The notes beneath the pieces were generated by a model, which worked only from the letters and a program-made list of their open reading frames with translations, had not been told where the DNA came from and did no database searches. Source: an uncultured delta proteobacterium (lineage in GTDB: Bacteria > Desulfobacterota > Desulfobacteria > Desulfobacterales > UBA2156). From it: 64,000 nucleotides of DNA. Shown in pieces: positions 19,996 to 30,879 of the stretch; the first letter of the stretch is position 1; every line of letters begins with the position of its first letter. A program made the position numbers and the translations under genes. The stretch covers positions 486,687 through 550,686 of the forward strand of contig CAVOQY010000013.1 of assembly GCA_963698465.1 (NCBI GenBank), given 5' to 3'.

Positions 19996-21609
19996 ATGAA
20001 ATCGATCCTTTTGTACGACACCACCCTCAGAGACGGGACCCAGGGGGAGAACATCAATTTCAGCGCCAAGGACAAAGTGGCCGTCGCCAAACGCCTTGAC
20101 CGCTTCGGGATCCATTATATCGAAGGCGGGTGGCCCGGCTCCAACCCCAAAGACAAGCAGTTTTTCGAGATGGCCCGGGATATTGCCTTCCAGCAGGCCA
20201 AGCTTACGGCCTTCGGCGCCACACGCCGGGCGGGAGTTGCCGCAGAAGACGACGAGAACCTCCGGGCGATCCTGGAAAGCAGTACGCCTGCGGTGACGGT
20301 TTTCGGAAAGAGCTGGACGCTGCATGTGAAAGAAGTGATGGAAAACAGCCTTGAGGAAAACCTCGCGATGATCCGGGACACGGTCCAATATCTTTCGAAC
20401 GAGGGCCGAGAGGTGATCTATGACGCCGAACATTTCTTCGACGGATACAAGAAAGATGCACCCTATGCCCTGGAAACGCTTTCCGCCGCCATTCAAGGGG
20501 GGGCAAAAAGCCTGGTTTTGTGCGACACCAACGGCGGCACGCTCCCCCACGAAATCGAGACCGCCGTCCAGGAGGTACGAAACCGCATCTTTGGAAAAGA
20601 CGCCTCCGGAAAGACCAAGGAATCCCTCGTCGTGGGCATCCATGCCCACAACGACTGCGGTCTTGCCGTGGCCAATTCCCTGGCGGCGGTGCGGGCCGGC
20701 GCCGCCCTGGTGCAGGGAACCGTCAACGGTTACGGGGAACGGTGCGGGAACGCCGATCTCATTTCCCTTATCCCTGTGCTGACCCTCAAGCTCAATCGCC
20801 CCTGCATCCCGCCGGAAAACCTTTCGCAGATCAAAAGGCTTTCCCGCTTCGTGAGCGAAACCGCCAACATCGTTCCCCTGAACAGCCGGCCCTTCGTGGG
20901 GAAAAGCGCCTTTGCGCACAAAGGGGGCATCCACGTGAGCGCCATCATGAAGGTCCCCCGGGCTTACGAGCACATAGACCCCCAGCTCGTGGGCAACCAC
21001 CGGCGGGTCCTCGTTTCGGATCTTGCCGGGAAAAGCAACATCGAATACAAGGCACGGGAACTTGGCATCGCGTTGGGGGGAAACGGCCACGACAGCCGCG
21101 AGATCGTCTCCAGGATCAAGGACCTCGAGCAGGACGGCTATCAGTTTGACGCAGCCGAGGGCTCGTTCCGGATCCTGGTCCAAAAGCTCACCGATCAGTT
21201 CCGTCCCCTCTTCGAGCTCGAATCCTTCCGGGTGACCATCGAAAAAAACCGCGACGAACCGTGCAGCGCCCACGCCACCATCAAGATCTCCGTGGGTGGG
21301 AAACAGGAAATCACCGCTGCGGAAGGCGACGGGCCGGTCAGCGCCCTGGACAACGCCCTGAGAAAGGCGCTTCAGACCTTCTTTCCGGAAATCCACGACA
21401 TGCATCTGGTCGACTTCAAGGTCCGCGTCATCGACGGGCGGGAAGGGACCGCATCGAAAGTGCGCGTGCTCATCGACTCCCGGGATCAGGATCATATCTG
21501 GAGCACCATCGGCGTTTCCAAGGATATCATCGAGGCGAGCTGGAAAGCCCTGGAGGACAGCTTCCAGTACAAACTTTCCACGAATACATCCGATGACGAG
21601 GGATTCTAA
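19996..21609 (+). CDS. cimA: citramalate synthase
   Basis: DTTLRDGTQGE, YIEGGWPGSNPK, FGKSW, DAEHFFDGY, HKGGIH, LAGKSN; LeuA-type dimer domain. Confidence 0.9.
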   Translation: MKSILLYDTTLRDGTQGENINFSAKDKVAVAKRLDRFGIHYIEGGWPGSNPKDKQFFEMARDIAFQQAKLTAFGATRRAGVAAEDDENLRAILESSTPAVTVFGKSWTLHVKEVMENSLEENLAMIRDTVQYLSNEGREVIYDAEHFFDGYKKDAPYALETLSAAIQGGAKSLVLCDTNGGTLPHEIETAVQEVRNRIFGKDASGKTKESLVVGIHAHNDCGLAVANSLAAVRAGAALVQGTVNGYGERCGNADLISLIPVLTLKLNRPCIPPENLSQIKRLSRFVSETANIVPLNSRPFVGKSAFAHKGGIHVSAIMKVPRAYEHIDPQLVGNHRRVLVSDLAGKSNIEYKARELGIALGGNGHDSREIVSRIKDLEQDGYQFDAAEGSFRILVQKLTDQFRPLFELESFRVTIEKNRDEPCSAHATIKISVGGKQEITAAEGDGPVSALDNALRKALQTFFPEIHDMHLVDFKVRVIDGREGTASKVRVLIDSRDQDHIWSTIGVSKDIIEASWKALEDSFQYKLSTNTSDDEGF

Positions 21610-21630
21610 GATCCCCAAGGAGGTACAGGC

Positions 21631-23169
<1,539 letters not shown>

Positions 23170-23239
23170 AAAGCCGAACCGGCAACCCCGGCTTCCTGTG
23201 AAATTGTCGAAAGAACCCGGGGGTCTTTGAAAAAAGCCC

Positions 23240-23286
23240 TTGACTTCCCTTAAACATGAATATAAATTCATGATTATTATTTCATT
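23240..23286 (+). promoter_or_regulatory. usp operon promoter (TTGACT -35) with tandem operators CATGAA-N6-TTCATG (23255-23272) and CATGAT-N6-TTCATT (23269-23286)
   Basis: Direct reading. The same pair of motifs recurs at 29405-29450. Confidence 0.7.
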
Positions 23287-23329
23287 TTAAATTTTCCTGA
23301 GGCCAGGATATCCTCAAAGGAGGATCGTC

Positions 23330-23764
23330 ATGTTTAAGACCATTTTATACCCCACGGATTTCTCTGAGGTCGCCGCCAAGGCCCTGGATTACATCAAACA
23401 GCTCAAGGAAGCAGGTTCCCAGAAAGTCATCGTTTTGCATGTATTCGATGAAAGGGGGCTTCAGGCCGTCAAGGGCTATTTTCCCACCCAGTTTCCAGAG
23501 TTGATCCAAAATCGAATCGAAGACATAACAAAACAGCTCAAAAAGGTGGAAAAAGAGCTGGCCGATAGCGGCTTTTCCGTCGAGGCAAGGATCCAAAAAG
23601 GGATACCCTTCAGGGAGATATTGCAGGCCGAGGAAAAAGAGAGTATTTCCGTCATTGTCATCGGATCCCACGGCAGAAGCAACCTCGAGGAGGTGTTTCT
23701 CGGATCCGTATCCGACAAAGTCGCCAGGAAAAGCAAAAGCCCGGTCCTGATCATCAAGAGGTAA
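23330..23764 (+). CDS. universal stress protein (Usp)
   Basis: ILYPTDFSE, IVIGSHGRS, LGSVSDKV, PVLII. Confidence 0.95.
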   Translation: MFKTILYPTDFSEVAAKALDYIKQLKEAGSQKVIVLHVFDERGLQAVKGYFPTQFPELIQNRIEDITKQLKKVEKELADSGFSVEARIQKGIPFREILQAEEKESISVIVIGSHGRSNLEEVFLGSVSDKVARKSKSPVLIIKR

Positions 23765-23817
23765 ATTTTTCCGGACGTACTCGATGTCTCACAGGCTCTT
23801 TTCCTGAGGATCTGTTC

Positions 23818-25125
23818 ATGGGTTCAAATGCCTTCATTGCCATCGCCGTTTTCGCTGTTGTCTATTTACTCATTTCGCTTGAGTGGCTGAACAAGGCGGT
23901 AGCCGCTGTTCTGGGCGTCATCGTCCTGATTGCCCTTCGTGTTACGGATGTCCATTCCGCAGCCGCCCACATCGATTTTGAAACCCTCATGCTCTTGATC
24001 GGGATGATGGGGATCGTCAGCGTTTTGAAAAAATCGGGATTTTTCACCCTCACAACGGTCAGAATCGCGAAACTCACTCGAGGGCAACCCCTTAGAGTCA
24101 TGATCCTGTTCTGTGCCACCACCGCGGTGCTTTCCGCTTTTCTCGACAATGTGACCACGGTCCTCATCATGGTCCCCATTATCATCGAGCTCACCCTGGG
24201 CATGGGTCTTGATCCAAAAATCTACGTCATCGCCGTGGCCATGGCCTCAAACTTGGGCGGCACGGCCACCCTCGTGGGAGACCCGCCCAACATCATCATC
24301 GGTTCAAAGGTCGGTCTGAGCTTCAATCAGTTTTTGGCCTACCTCCCCTTACCGGTCATCGTGAGCACGGTGGGCGTGATGGCCTATTTCTGGGCGACGA
24401 ACCGAAAAAGCTTCAAGTCCATCGATGACAACCTGCCCCAGCTGTTTTCCGTTCAGCTGCTGATCGAAAAGATCGAGTTCGATTTCCTGTCTGTCCGGAT
24501 CGACCGCAGGTTTCTGATAAAAAGCCTGGCGTGCCTGGGAATTGCCATGCTCCTCTTCGTGACACAGACCCTCACCCGGCTGTCCCCCGGGGTGGTGTCC
24601 CTCGGTGTCGCGATGGTGCTTTTCATGATCACCCGGATGGAAATCGAGCAGGTCCTCATGGAGATCGAATGGAGCACCCTTCTCTTTTTCGCCGGACTTT
24701 TTATCCTGGTCGGAACCCTGGAGGAAAACGGCGTCATCGAATGGGTCGCCCGCAACATCTTCCTTCAGGTGGGCAGCAATCCTTATCTCATGACGCTGAT
24801 GGTTTTGTGGGTTTCAGGTATCGCCTCCGGATTCATCGACAACATACCGTTTACCATCACCATGATCCCCATCATCCAAATGATGCTGGCCACGAATCCT
24901 GTCCCTCACCATATTTTATGGTGGGCCCTTTCCCTGGGCGCCTGTTTCGGGGGGAATCTTACCCTGATCGGTGCCTCTGCAAATATCGTATCCGTGGGCA
25001 TGATGAAAAAATACGGGCAGCATATCACCTTTGCGGAATACACGCGAAAAAGCGCCCCAGGGACAGTCCTCTCCCTGCTCTTTGCTTCTGTCGTTCTGGT
25101 CCTCTACTTGTGGATTTTCCTATGA
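23818..25125 (+). CDS. ArsB/NhaD/SLC13 (ion transporter superfamily) permease
   Basis: SAFLDNVTT, SNLGGTATLVGDPPNIII, DNIPFT, GGNLTLIGASAN. Confidence 0.88.
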   Translation: MGSNAFIAIAVFAVVYLLISLEWLNKAVAAVLGVIVLIALRVTDVHSAAAHIDFETLMLLIGMMGIVSVLKKSGFFTLTTVRIAKLTRGQPLRVMILFCATTAVLSAFLDNVTTVLIMVPIIIELTLGMGLDPKIYVIAVAMASNLGGTATLVGDPPNIIIGSKVGLSFNQFLAYLPLPVIVSTVGVMAYFWATNRKSFKSIDDNLPQLFSVQLLIEKIEFDFLSVRIDRRFLIKSLACLGIAMLLFVTQTLTRLSPGVVSLGVAMVLFMITRMEIEQVLMEIEWSTLLFFAGLFILVGTLEENGVIEWVARNIFLQVGSNPYLMTLMVLWVSGIASGFIDNIPFTITMIPIIQMMLATNPVPHHILWWALSLGACFGGNLTLIGASANIVSVGMMKKYGQHITFAEYTRKSAPGTVLSLLFASVVLVLYLWIFL

Positions 25126-25997
25126 ACGAGGTTAAAAACCAAGCCCTGTACCGCCTGATCCGGGAATATTTGTATGCCATGGGCACCTCCCGTACCACCG
25201 TCGTTGCAATCCAATCCTACATCGACGCGATCCGGAGGCTCCGATGTACGCCTGGCGCTTTCAAAGGTAACCTTCTGGAGCTCGGTGAGATTATCAAAAG
25301 GACCGAGCCCCAGGTAACCCCGCTGGTTCTCCTGATTGAACAGTTTAATGCTGAAATTCAACGGCAGCCAAACGGGGATTTGGAATCCGCCAAGGTCAAA
25401 TCGGTCGAAATCCTCTCGAGCTTGTTGAAGCGGTTCGAAGACGACACGGAAAAACTCTCCCGAAACTGCATGAACTGTATCGAATCCGGCGATTTCATCG
25501 TCGCCCATTCTTCCACCGCTTACATACGAAACGCTTTTGCCCGCGCCTTTTCCGAATTGAACCGCAAATTCAAAGTTCTGGTCCTAAAACAGGACTTCCT
25601 GCGCACCAAGGACCTGATCAACATCCTTGAAAGCCATAGAGTCGACCACCTCCTGATTCCCGAATACAATCTGAGCCACTTTCTAAAAGACACAAACAAG
25701 CTTTTCATCGGGGCGGTGTCGGTGACCGCTGATCACAAAGCCGTGGCAGGAATCGGAACCGCCAATGTGGTCAGTCTGTGCCATTCCCATAACGTGCCGG
25801 TGTACCTATTCGTCGAAACGATCAAGTTTTCTCACACGACCCTGCCGGAGCACCACATTTACAAAGAAGAAAAAGAGAAGATCGAATCCGATTATCCCTT
25901 TCGCATCACCACTTTTTCACATGATTTCATTGACTTGGGCATGGTCGATCACCTCATCACCGAAAACGGGGAAATGGCAGAAAAACCGGGTTCATGA
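25122..25997 (+). CDS. IF-2B family (eIF2B alpha/beta/delta, ribose-1,5-bisphosphate isomerase-like) protein
   Basis: ATG overlaps the permease stop (ATGA). Helical N-domain, then a Rossmann-like domain: GDFIVAHSST, FIGAVSV, IGT, ETIKF, DHLITENG. Confidence 0.75.
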   Translation: MNEVKNQALYRLIREYLYAMGTSRTTVVAIQSYIDAIRRLRCTPGAFKGNLLELGEIIKRTEPQVTPLVLLIEQFNAEIQRQPNGDLESAKVKSVEILSSLLKRFEDDTEKLSRNCMNCIESGDFIVAHSSTAYIRNAFARAFSELNRKFKVLVLKQDFLRTKDLINILESHRVDHLLIPEYNLSHFLKDTNKLFIGAVSVTADHKAVAGIGTANVVSLCHSHNVPVYLFVETIKFSHTTLPEHHIYKEEKEKIESDYPFRITTFSHDFIDLGMVDHLITENGEMAEKPGS

Positions 25998-26093
25998 ACC
26001 CGGGAAAGCACCGCGCGGCTGCCTGGAGTCAAGAGGTGTTCAGGGCGGTCTTATCCAAGGTATTGCCGGGAGGATCAGCGGTGATTTTTTCAT

Positions 26094-27447
26094 ATGAAAC
26101 ATACCCTTTTACGACGCCTTTCCCCGGAACGGCTTTTCATCTTGAGCTTCATTGCCCTCATCCTGACGGGAGCCGTTCTGCTGCGGATGCCCGCCGCGGC
26201 ATCAAACCAACCCCTGTCCTTTCTTGACGCCGTATTCACTTCGGCGTCGGCCGTGTGCGTCACCGGGCTGGCGGTGATCGGGGTCGGACAAGACCTTTCA
26301 GCCTATGGTCAGGGGGTGACACTGGCCCTGTTCCAGTTGGGGGGGCTGGGAATCATCACCTACTCCGCAATGTTCTTCGTCATGATCGGCCGGGGACTGG
26401 CTACCCGGGAACGGGACATCCTCCAGTCCGTATTCCTGGGGGAACCGCGCCGCGATATTACCGCCATTCTCAAATTCGTGCTGGTCTCCACCGCCTGTTT
26501 CGAGGCGGCCGGTACCCTGCTTCTCTGGGTGCGCTTCTGCAGGGACTTGTCGCCCGGCCAGGCGCTCTTCAGGGCGGTCTATCACTCCGTTTCGGCTTTC
26601 AATAACTGCGGATACGCGCTGTTTCCGGACAGTCTCATGTCTTTTCAGGGGGACCTCCTGGTCAACGCCACGGTGATGACGCTTATCGTCGCAGGCGGCA
26701 TCGGTTTCATCGTGCACTTTGAACTTGTCATGCGCCTTCGGGGTCGCCAGCGGCATCTTTCTGTGCATACCAAGATCGTCCTGATCGCCACAGCGGCTTT
26801 AATCGTTTCCGGAGCCCTCCTCTTCTTTGCCTTCGAGCACAAGGGAATCCTGAAAGGATTGCCGTTTCAGAGCCAGGTCCTGGCTTCCCTGTTCCAATCC
26901 ATAACCGCACGCACCGCCGGATTCAACACAGTGGAAATCGCACAGTTAGGCAACCCCACCCTCCTGATGATTCTGCTGATGATGTTTATCGGCGCCTCGC
27001 CGGGGTCAACCGCCGGGGGCGAAAACCACCAGTGCGGCCCTGCTCTTCCTGCTGTTGTGGAGCCGCGCCAAGGGCCGGGAAGAGGTAACCGTATTCAACC
27101 GCACCATTCCCCGGGAATTGCTGAACCGAATGGTTTCCATCCTTCTGGCATCTACCCTGTCCATCGTTTTGATCACGTCGGTGGTCCTGGTCGTGGCCGA
27201 CGATATCCCCCTGCCGGGTCAAAGTCGTCATCTGTTCGTTGAATACTTTTTTGAGACGGTTTCGGCTTTCGGCACCGTGGGGCTGTCCATGAACGTGACC
27301 CCGGGTCTCAATGCGCCGCAGAAGGTTTCAATCATGCTGATGATGATTGCCGGCCGGGTGGGGCCTCTGACGCTGGCGTTTTCGCTTGCTCGAACCGCGC
27401 GCCGGAAACAACTCATTTACGCGGAAGAAGGGGTCATCGTGGGTTAA
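26094..27447 (+). CDS. ktrB: KtrB/TrkH potassium uptake permease, frameshift at ~27021
   Basis: SAVCVTGL, SAFNNCG, TARTAGFN, GASPGSTAGG, then KTTS...FETVSAFGTVGLS...GRVGPLT in the next frame. Confidence 0.88.
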
Positions 27448-27459
27448 GGAGGGCTCATC

Positions 27460-28106
27460 ATGAAGCGTATCATCGTCTTCGGACTCGGCATCTTCGGCTT
27501 TGAGCTGGCCGTTGAGCTGTCCGGAAAGGGTATCGAAGTCATCGCAATCGACAAAAACAAGGACGCCGTCCAAAGAATCAAGGACACCTGCGCCAAAGCC
27601 ATCGTGGCCGACGCTACGGAAAAGGGGCTCCTGGAGTCCATCGGCATGGATAAGAACGACATCGCCGTCATTTCCTTTGGCGAGGACCTTTCGGCCAGCA
27701 CCCTTCTCACGCTGCATCTCAAGGAACTGGGCGTCCAGACGGTCATTGTCAAGGTCCCCAACGACGATCACCGGCGCGTCTTGAAAAGCTAGGGGCGAGC
27801 GAAGCCATCATCCCCGAGCGGGAGATGGCCGCAAAAATCGCCCGCAGTATCGTTTCCCCCAATGTGCTGGATTACCTGCCCATCTCCGAGGATTACACCA
27901 TCTGTGAGCTGGCGCCCCCTTCGGCCTTTGTCGGCAAAAGCCTTGCCGACTTGGACTTGCGAAAAAAGCACCAGATTCAGGTTATCGCTGTTCGAGACGT
28001 CCTCTCAGACAAACTGCAACTGGTACCGCGGGCAAGCACGGTGATCAAGGACAGTGATGTGCTGGTGATCATCGGCCGGGAGAAGGATATCAACCGGATC
28101 AAATGA
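27460..28106 (+). CDS. ktrA: KtrA/TrkA RCK regulatory subunit, frameshift at ~27783
   Basis: GLGIFG NAD-binding RCK_N. Adding one G (TTG GAA AAG CTA GGG) restores LEKLGASEAIIPE and joins RCK_C (27825-28106). Confidence 0.88.
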
Positions 28107-28201
28107 CAGCCAAGAAAACGAACGCAACTTCCCTTTTCCTGCAAATCGGCGAAGCCTTTTGGAAGCTTCGCGACATCGGATTCGGGTTTTCCTCGCCTGA
28201 T

Positions 28202-28918
28202 CTATTTTCTCCCCAGCCGCAATCCGATGAGTCCGATTTCAAACAGCAGATAAAGGGGAAGTCCCATCAGAATCATGTTCAGGGCGTCCGGGGTCGGCGT
28301 CAAAATTGCCGCAATGATCGCTGCAGCCAGAACCGCGTAGCGACGGTGGGAAGCCAGAAATTGCGCCTTCACCAGGCCGATTCTACCCAGCAGAGTCATT
28401 GCGATGGGCAACTCAAAAATAATCCCGAAACCGAATAAAAAAGCCAGACAGAAAGAGACGAACTTTTTCACGGATATCAGGGCTTCGAGGCGCTCACTTT
28501 CATAGCCCAGCAAGAACTGGGCACCGTAGGGCAGCGAGACGGTCAGACAGAAGAGCATGCCGGCATAGAAAAACAAGATGGATGCAAACCAGTATCCGAT
28601 CATGCTTTTTCGGGAAAAAGAAGGGAAAAGTGGCGGCAAAGCGGCCAGCACCGCGTAGAGAATATACGGAATGCTGGCAAAGACACCGATTCCCAGCCCC
28701 AGAAGCAAAAACGAAAAGAAGGCCTCTGGAATGCCGAAGGCCACCAACTTGACGCCGGTGATCTGCTGAACGTATTTCAGGATCGGTTCGGCAACACAGT
28801 AGCCACCGATTGAAAAGCCAAAAACGACGATGCCGATTCGAATCAAAGAGGCCCGAAAAGACTCGAGGAAGGCCAGAATTCGCTTGGGCTCCTGAAGGGA
28901 TTTGTCCGAAATGTTCAT
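28202..28918 (-). CDS. tatC: divergent TatC-family membrane protein
   Basis: Six TM segments, FGIIFELP, RRYA, LTPTPD, LYLLFEIG. The N-terminal signature is degenerate. Confidence 0.75.
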   Translation of the reverse strand: MNISDKSLQEPKRILAFLESFRASLIRIGIVVFGFSIGGYCVAEPILKYVQQITGVKLVAFGIPEAFFSFLLLGLGIGVFASIPYILYAVLAALPPLFPSFSRKSMIGYWFASILFFYAGMLFCLTVSLPYGAQFLLGYESERLEALISVKKFVSFCLAFLFGFGIIFELPIAMTLLGRIGLVKAQFLASHRRYAVLAAAIIAAILTPTPDALNMILMGLPLYLLFEIGLIGLRLGRK

Positions 28919-28940
28919 CTTTTGACGCTTCTTTGTCTGT

Positions 28941-29237
28941 TCAAGCCCGCTTCAGTTTGGTTTTTTCACTCGTTAGAACCTTCAACAAGTTGCCCACCAA
29001 TTTATCGCGCTGACTCAAGTGCCGAAGCGGCATAGACAACTCGATGCTGTATCGGATCCTTCTGCCGTCCTTTTGCTTGCGGATATACCCCGCAACCTCC
29101 AGATCCCTGATGATTTTTCGGACCGCGCGTTCGGTGATGCCTACGTTCAAGGCAAGGTCTCGAGCGGTGATATTGGGGTGCGTGGACATAAAACTGAGGA
29201 CCACGGCATGATTGGTAACAAAAGTCCATTCGGCCAT
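28941..29237 (-). CDS. small winged helix-turn-helix transcriptional regulator
   Basis: WTFVTNHA N-terminus, HTH TARDLALNVGITERAVRKIIRDLE, wing KDGRRIRY. Confidence 0.85.
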   Translation of the reverse strand: MAEWTFVTNHAVVLSFMSTHPNITARDLALNVGITERAVRKIIRDLEVAGYIRKQKDGRRIRYSIELSMPLRHLSQRDKLVGNLLKVLTSEKTKLKRA

Positions 29238-29375
29238 CGGACACCTCTCTGATGCCTATTTTGACGACTGGATTAATTTCCCCTTCACTTTTTCACTTCA
29301 AAGGCCACTATAGGTCTTCCTGACAGCACTTTTCAAGCAAAAGAGCCCCCTTCCATTCAAGGGATTAAAAACATC

Positions 29376-29450
29376 TTGACAGGGCATCCTAATTGGAATT
29401 ATTACATGAAATATTATTCATGTAAATAATTACATGATTATCTTTTCATT
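29376..29450 (+). promoter_or_regulatory. dctM promoter (TTGACA) with operators TTACATGAA-N6-TTCATGTAA (29402-29425) and CATGAT-N6-TTCATT (29433-29450)
   Basis: Perfect 9-bp-arm palindrome in the wHTH/dctM divergent region; same motif family as at 23255. Confidence 0.72.
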
Positions 29451-29544
29451 TTTTATAAAATTTCTGTTTTTAGGAGCCTATAACCTGCGGAAGCTCAAGC
29501 CGTCTTGATACAAAGGCGGGGGATCGCAGGGGTTCTGAAGGAGG

Positions 29545-30879
29545 ATGAGCATCTTGGATCTGAGCGTGATCATCATCCTGTTGGTGCTGCTCGGAGCGAT
29601 GGCGGCCTATATCCCCGTTTACATCTGTCTTTTTTTCACGGGCGCAATTGGCTTTGTCCTCTTCGCTCCGGAAACTCAAACCCTGATGCTCGTGGAGAGT
29701 TTTTTCAAGAGCATGGACAACTTCGCGCTGGTGGTGGTGCTGTTCTTCATTCTTTGCGGCAATATCATGACCGCCGGCAGCATCGTGGACAAGCTGATCA
29801 AAATGGTCAACACGCTGGTCAGCTGGCTTCCCGGCGGGCTGGGAATGGCCGGCTGCCTGGGCTGCGGCCTGTTCGGGGCGATTTCCGGTTCTACGGTGGC
29901 CACCGTGGTCGCCCTGGGCGGTTTTATGATCCCCGCACTGATTAAAAACGGCTATCCCATGAAATACACCCTCGGCCTGATGACCACGTCCCCGAATCTG
30001 GGAATCATCATCCCGCCGAGCATCAGCATGATTCTTTATTGCATGATCACCAATGTCTCGCTTCAGGGGCTTTTTCTGACGGGTTTCGTCCCTGGGATTC
30101 TAGTCATGCTGCTGGTATGCCTCTATTCGTATTTCATGTTCCGGACCGACGAGGGCATTGTACGCCTTCCGGTACCGAACTTAAAGGAATTCCTGGCTGT
30201 CTTCAAAGAGGGCTTCTGGTCGCTGATGCTGCCTGTGATCATTTTTGCAGGAACGTTCTCAGGGATGTTCACGGCCGACGAAGCGGCCGTGGTGGCCTGC
30301 ATCTACGCTTTCATCGTGGAGCTGTTCATCCATCGAACCATGAAAATCAAGGATGTGAAGAAAGTCATCGTCAGTTCGGCTGTCACCTCGGCCACGCTTC
30401 TGATCATCGTGGCAGGCGCCACCTGCTTCGGCCGCTACCTGACCTTCGAGAATGTGCCCTCAAGGATCGCCGAGTCCGTCATCGAAAACATCCATTCCCC
30501 CTTGATGTTTCTCCTGGCGATCAACTGCTTCCTGCTGGTGGTCGGCATGTTCATGGACGTGATTTCGGCAACGCTGATCATCGGGCCGGTGTTGATCCCC
30601 TTGCTTCCCACCTTCAATGTGGACTTCATGCACTTCGGGTTGCTGATGACGGTGAACCTCGCCATCGGCTACTGCACGCCGCCGGTGGGGGTCAGCATGT
30701 ATATCACGGGCGCGATGGCCAACAAGGACATCCTCTACGTCACCCGGGCCGTGCTCCCTTTCTTGATCATCCAGATCGCCGTGTTGCTTTTCATGACCTA
30801 TCTGCCGGATGTGGTGCTGTGGCTGCCCAAGCTGATGGGGTTTTGGGAGGCCACTGAGGGCGGCACACCGGCGCTTTAG
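29545..30879 (+). CDS. dctM: TRAP transporter large permease DctM (no adjacent dctP/dctQ)
   Basis: FGAISGSTVATVVA, GIIIPPSI, PGIL, ADEAAVVA, TPPVG. Confidence 0.9.
   Translation: MSILDLSVIIILLVLLGAMAAYIPVYICLFFTGAIGFVLFAPETQTLMLVESFFKSMDNFALVVVLFFILCGNIMTAGSIVDKLIKMVNTLVSWLPGGLGMAGCLGCGLFGAISGSTVATVVALGGFMIPALIKNGYPMKYTLGLMTTSPNLGIIIPPSISMILYCMITNVSLQGLFLTGFVPGILVMLLVCLYSYFMFRTDEGIVRLPVPNLKEFLAVFKEGFWSLMLPVIIFAGTFSGMFTADEAAVVACIYAFIVELFIHRTMKIKDVKKVIVSSAVTSATLLIIVAGATCFGRYLTFENVPSRIAESVIENIHSPLMFLLAINCFLLVVGMFMDVISATLIIGPVLIPLLPTFNVDFMHFGLLMTVNLAIGYCTPPVGVSMYITGAMANKDILYVTRAVLPFLIIQIAVLLFMTYLPDVVLWLPKLMGFWEATEGGTPAL

Noticed and set aside
24531-25121. N-terminal 197 codons of the 488-aa ORF
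   Set aside because: Out-of-frame shadow of the permease gene. The real gene starts at the ATGA overlap at 25122.
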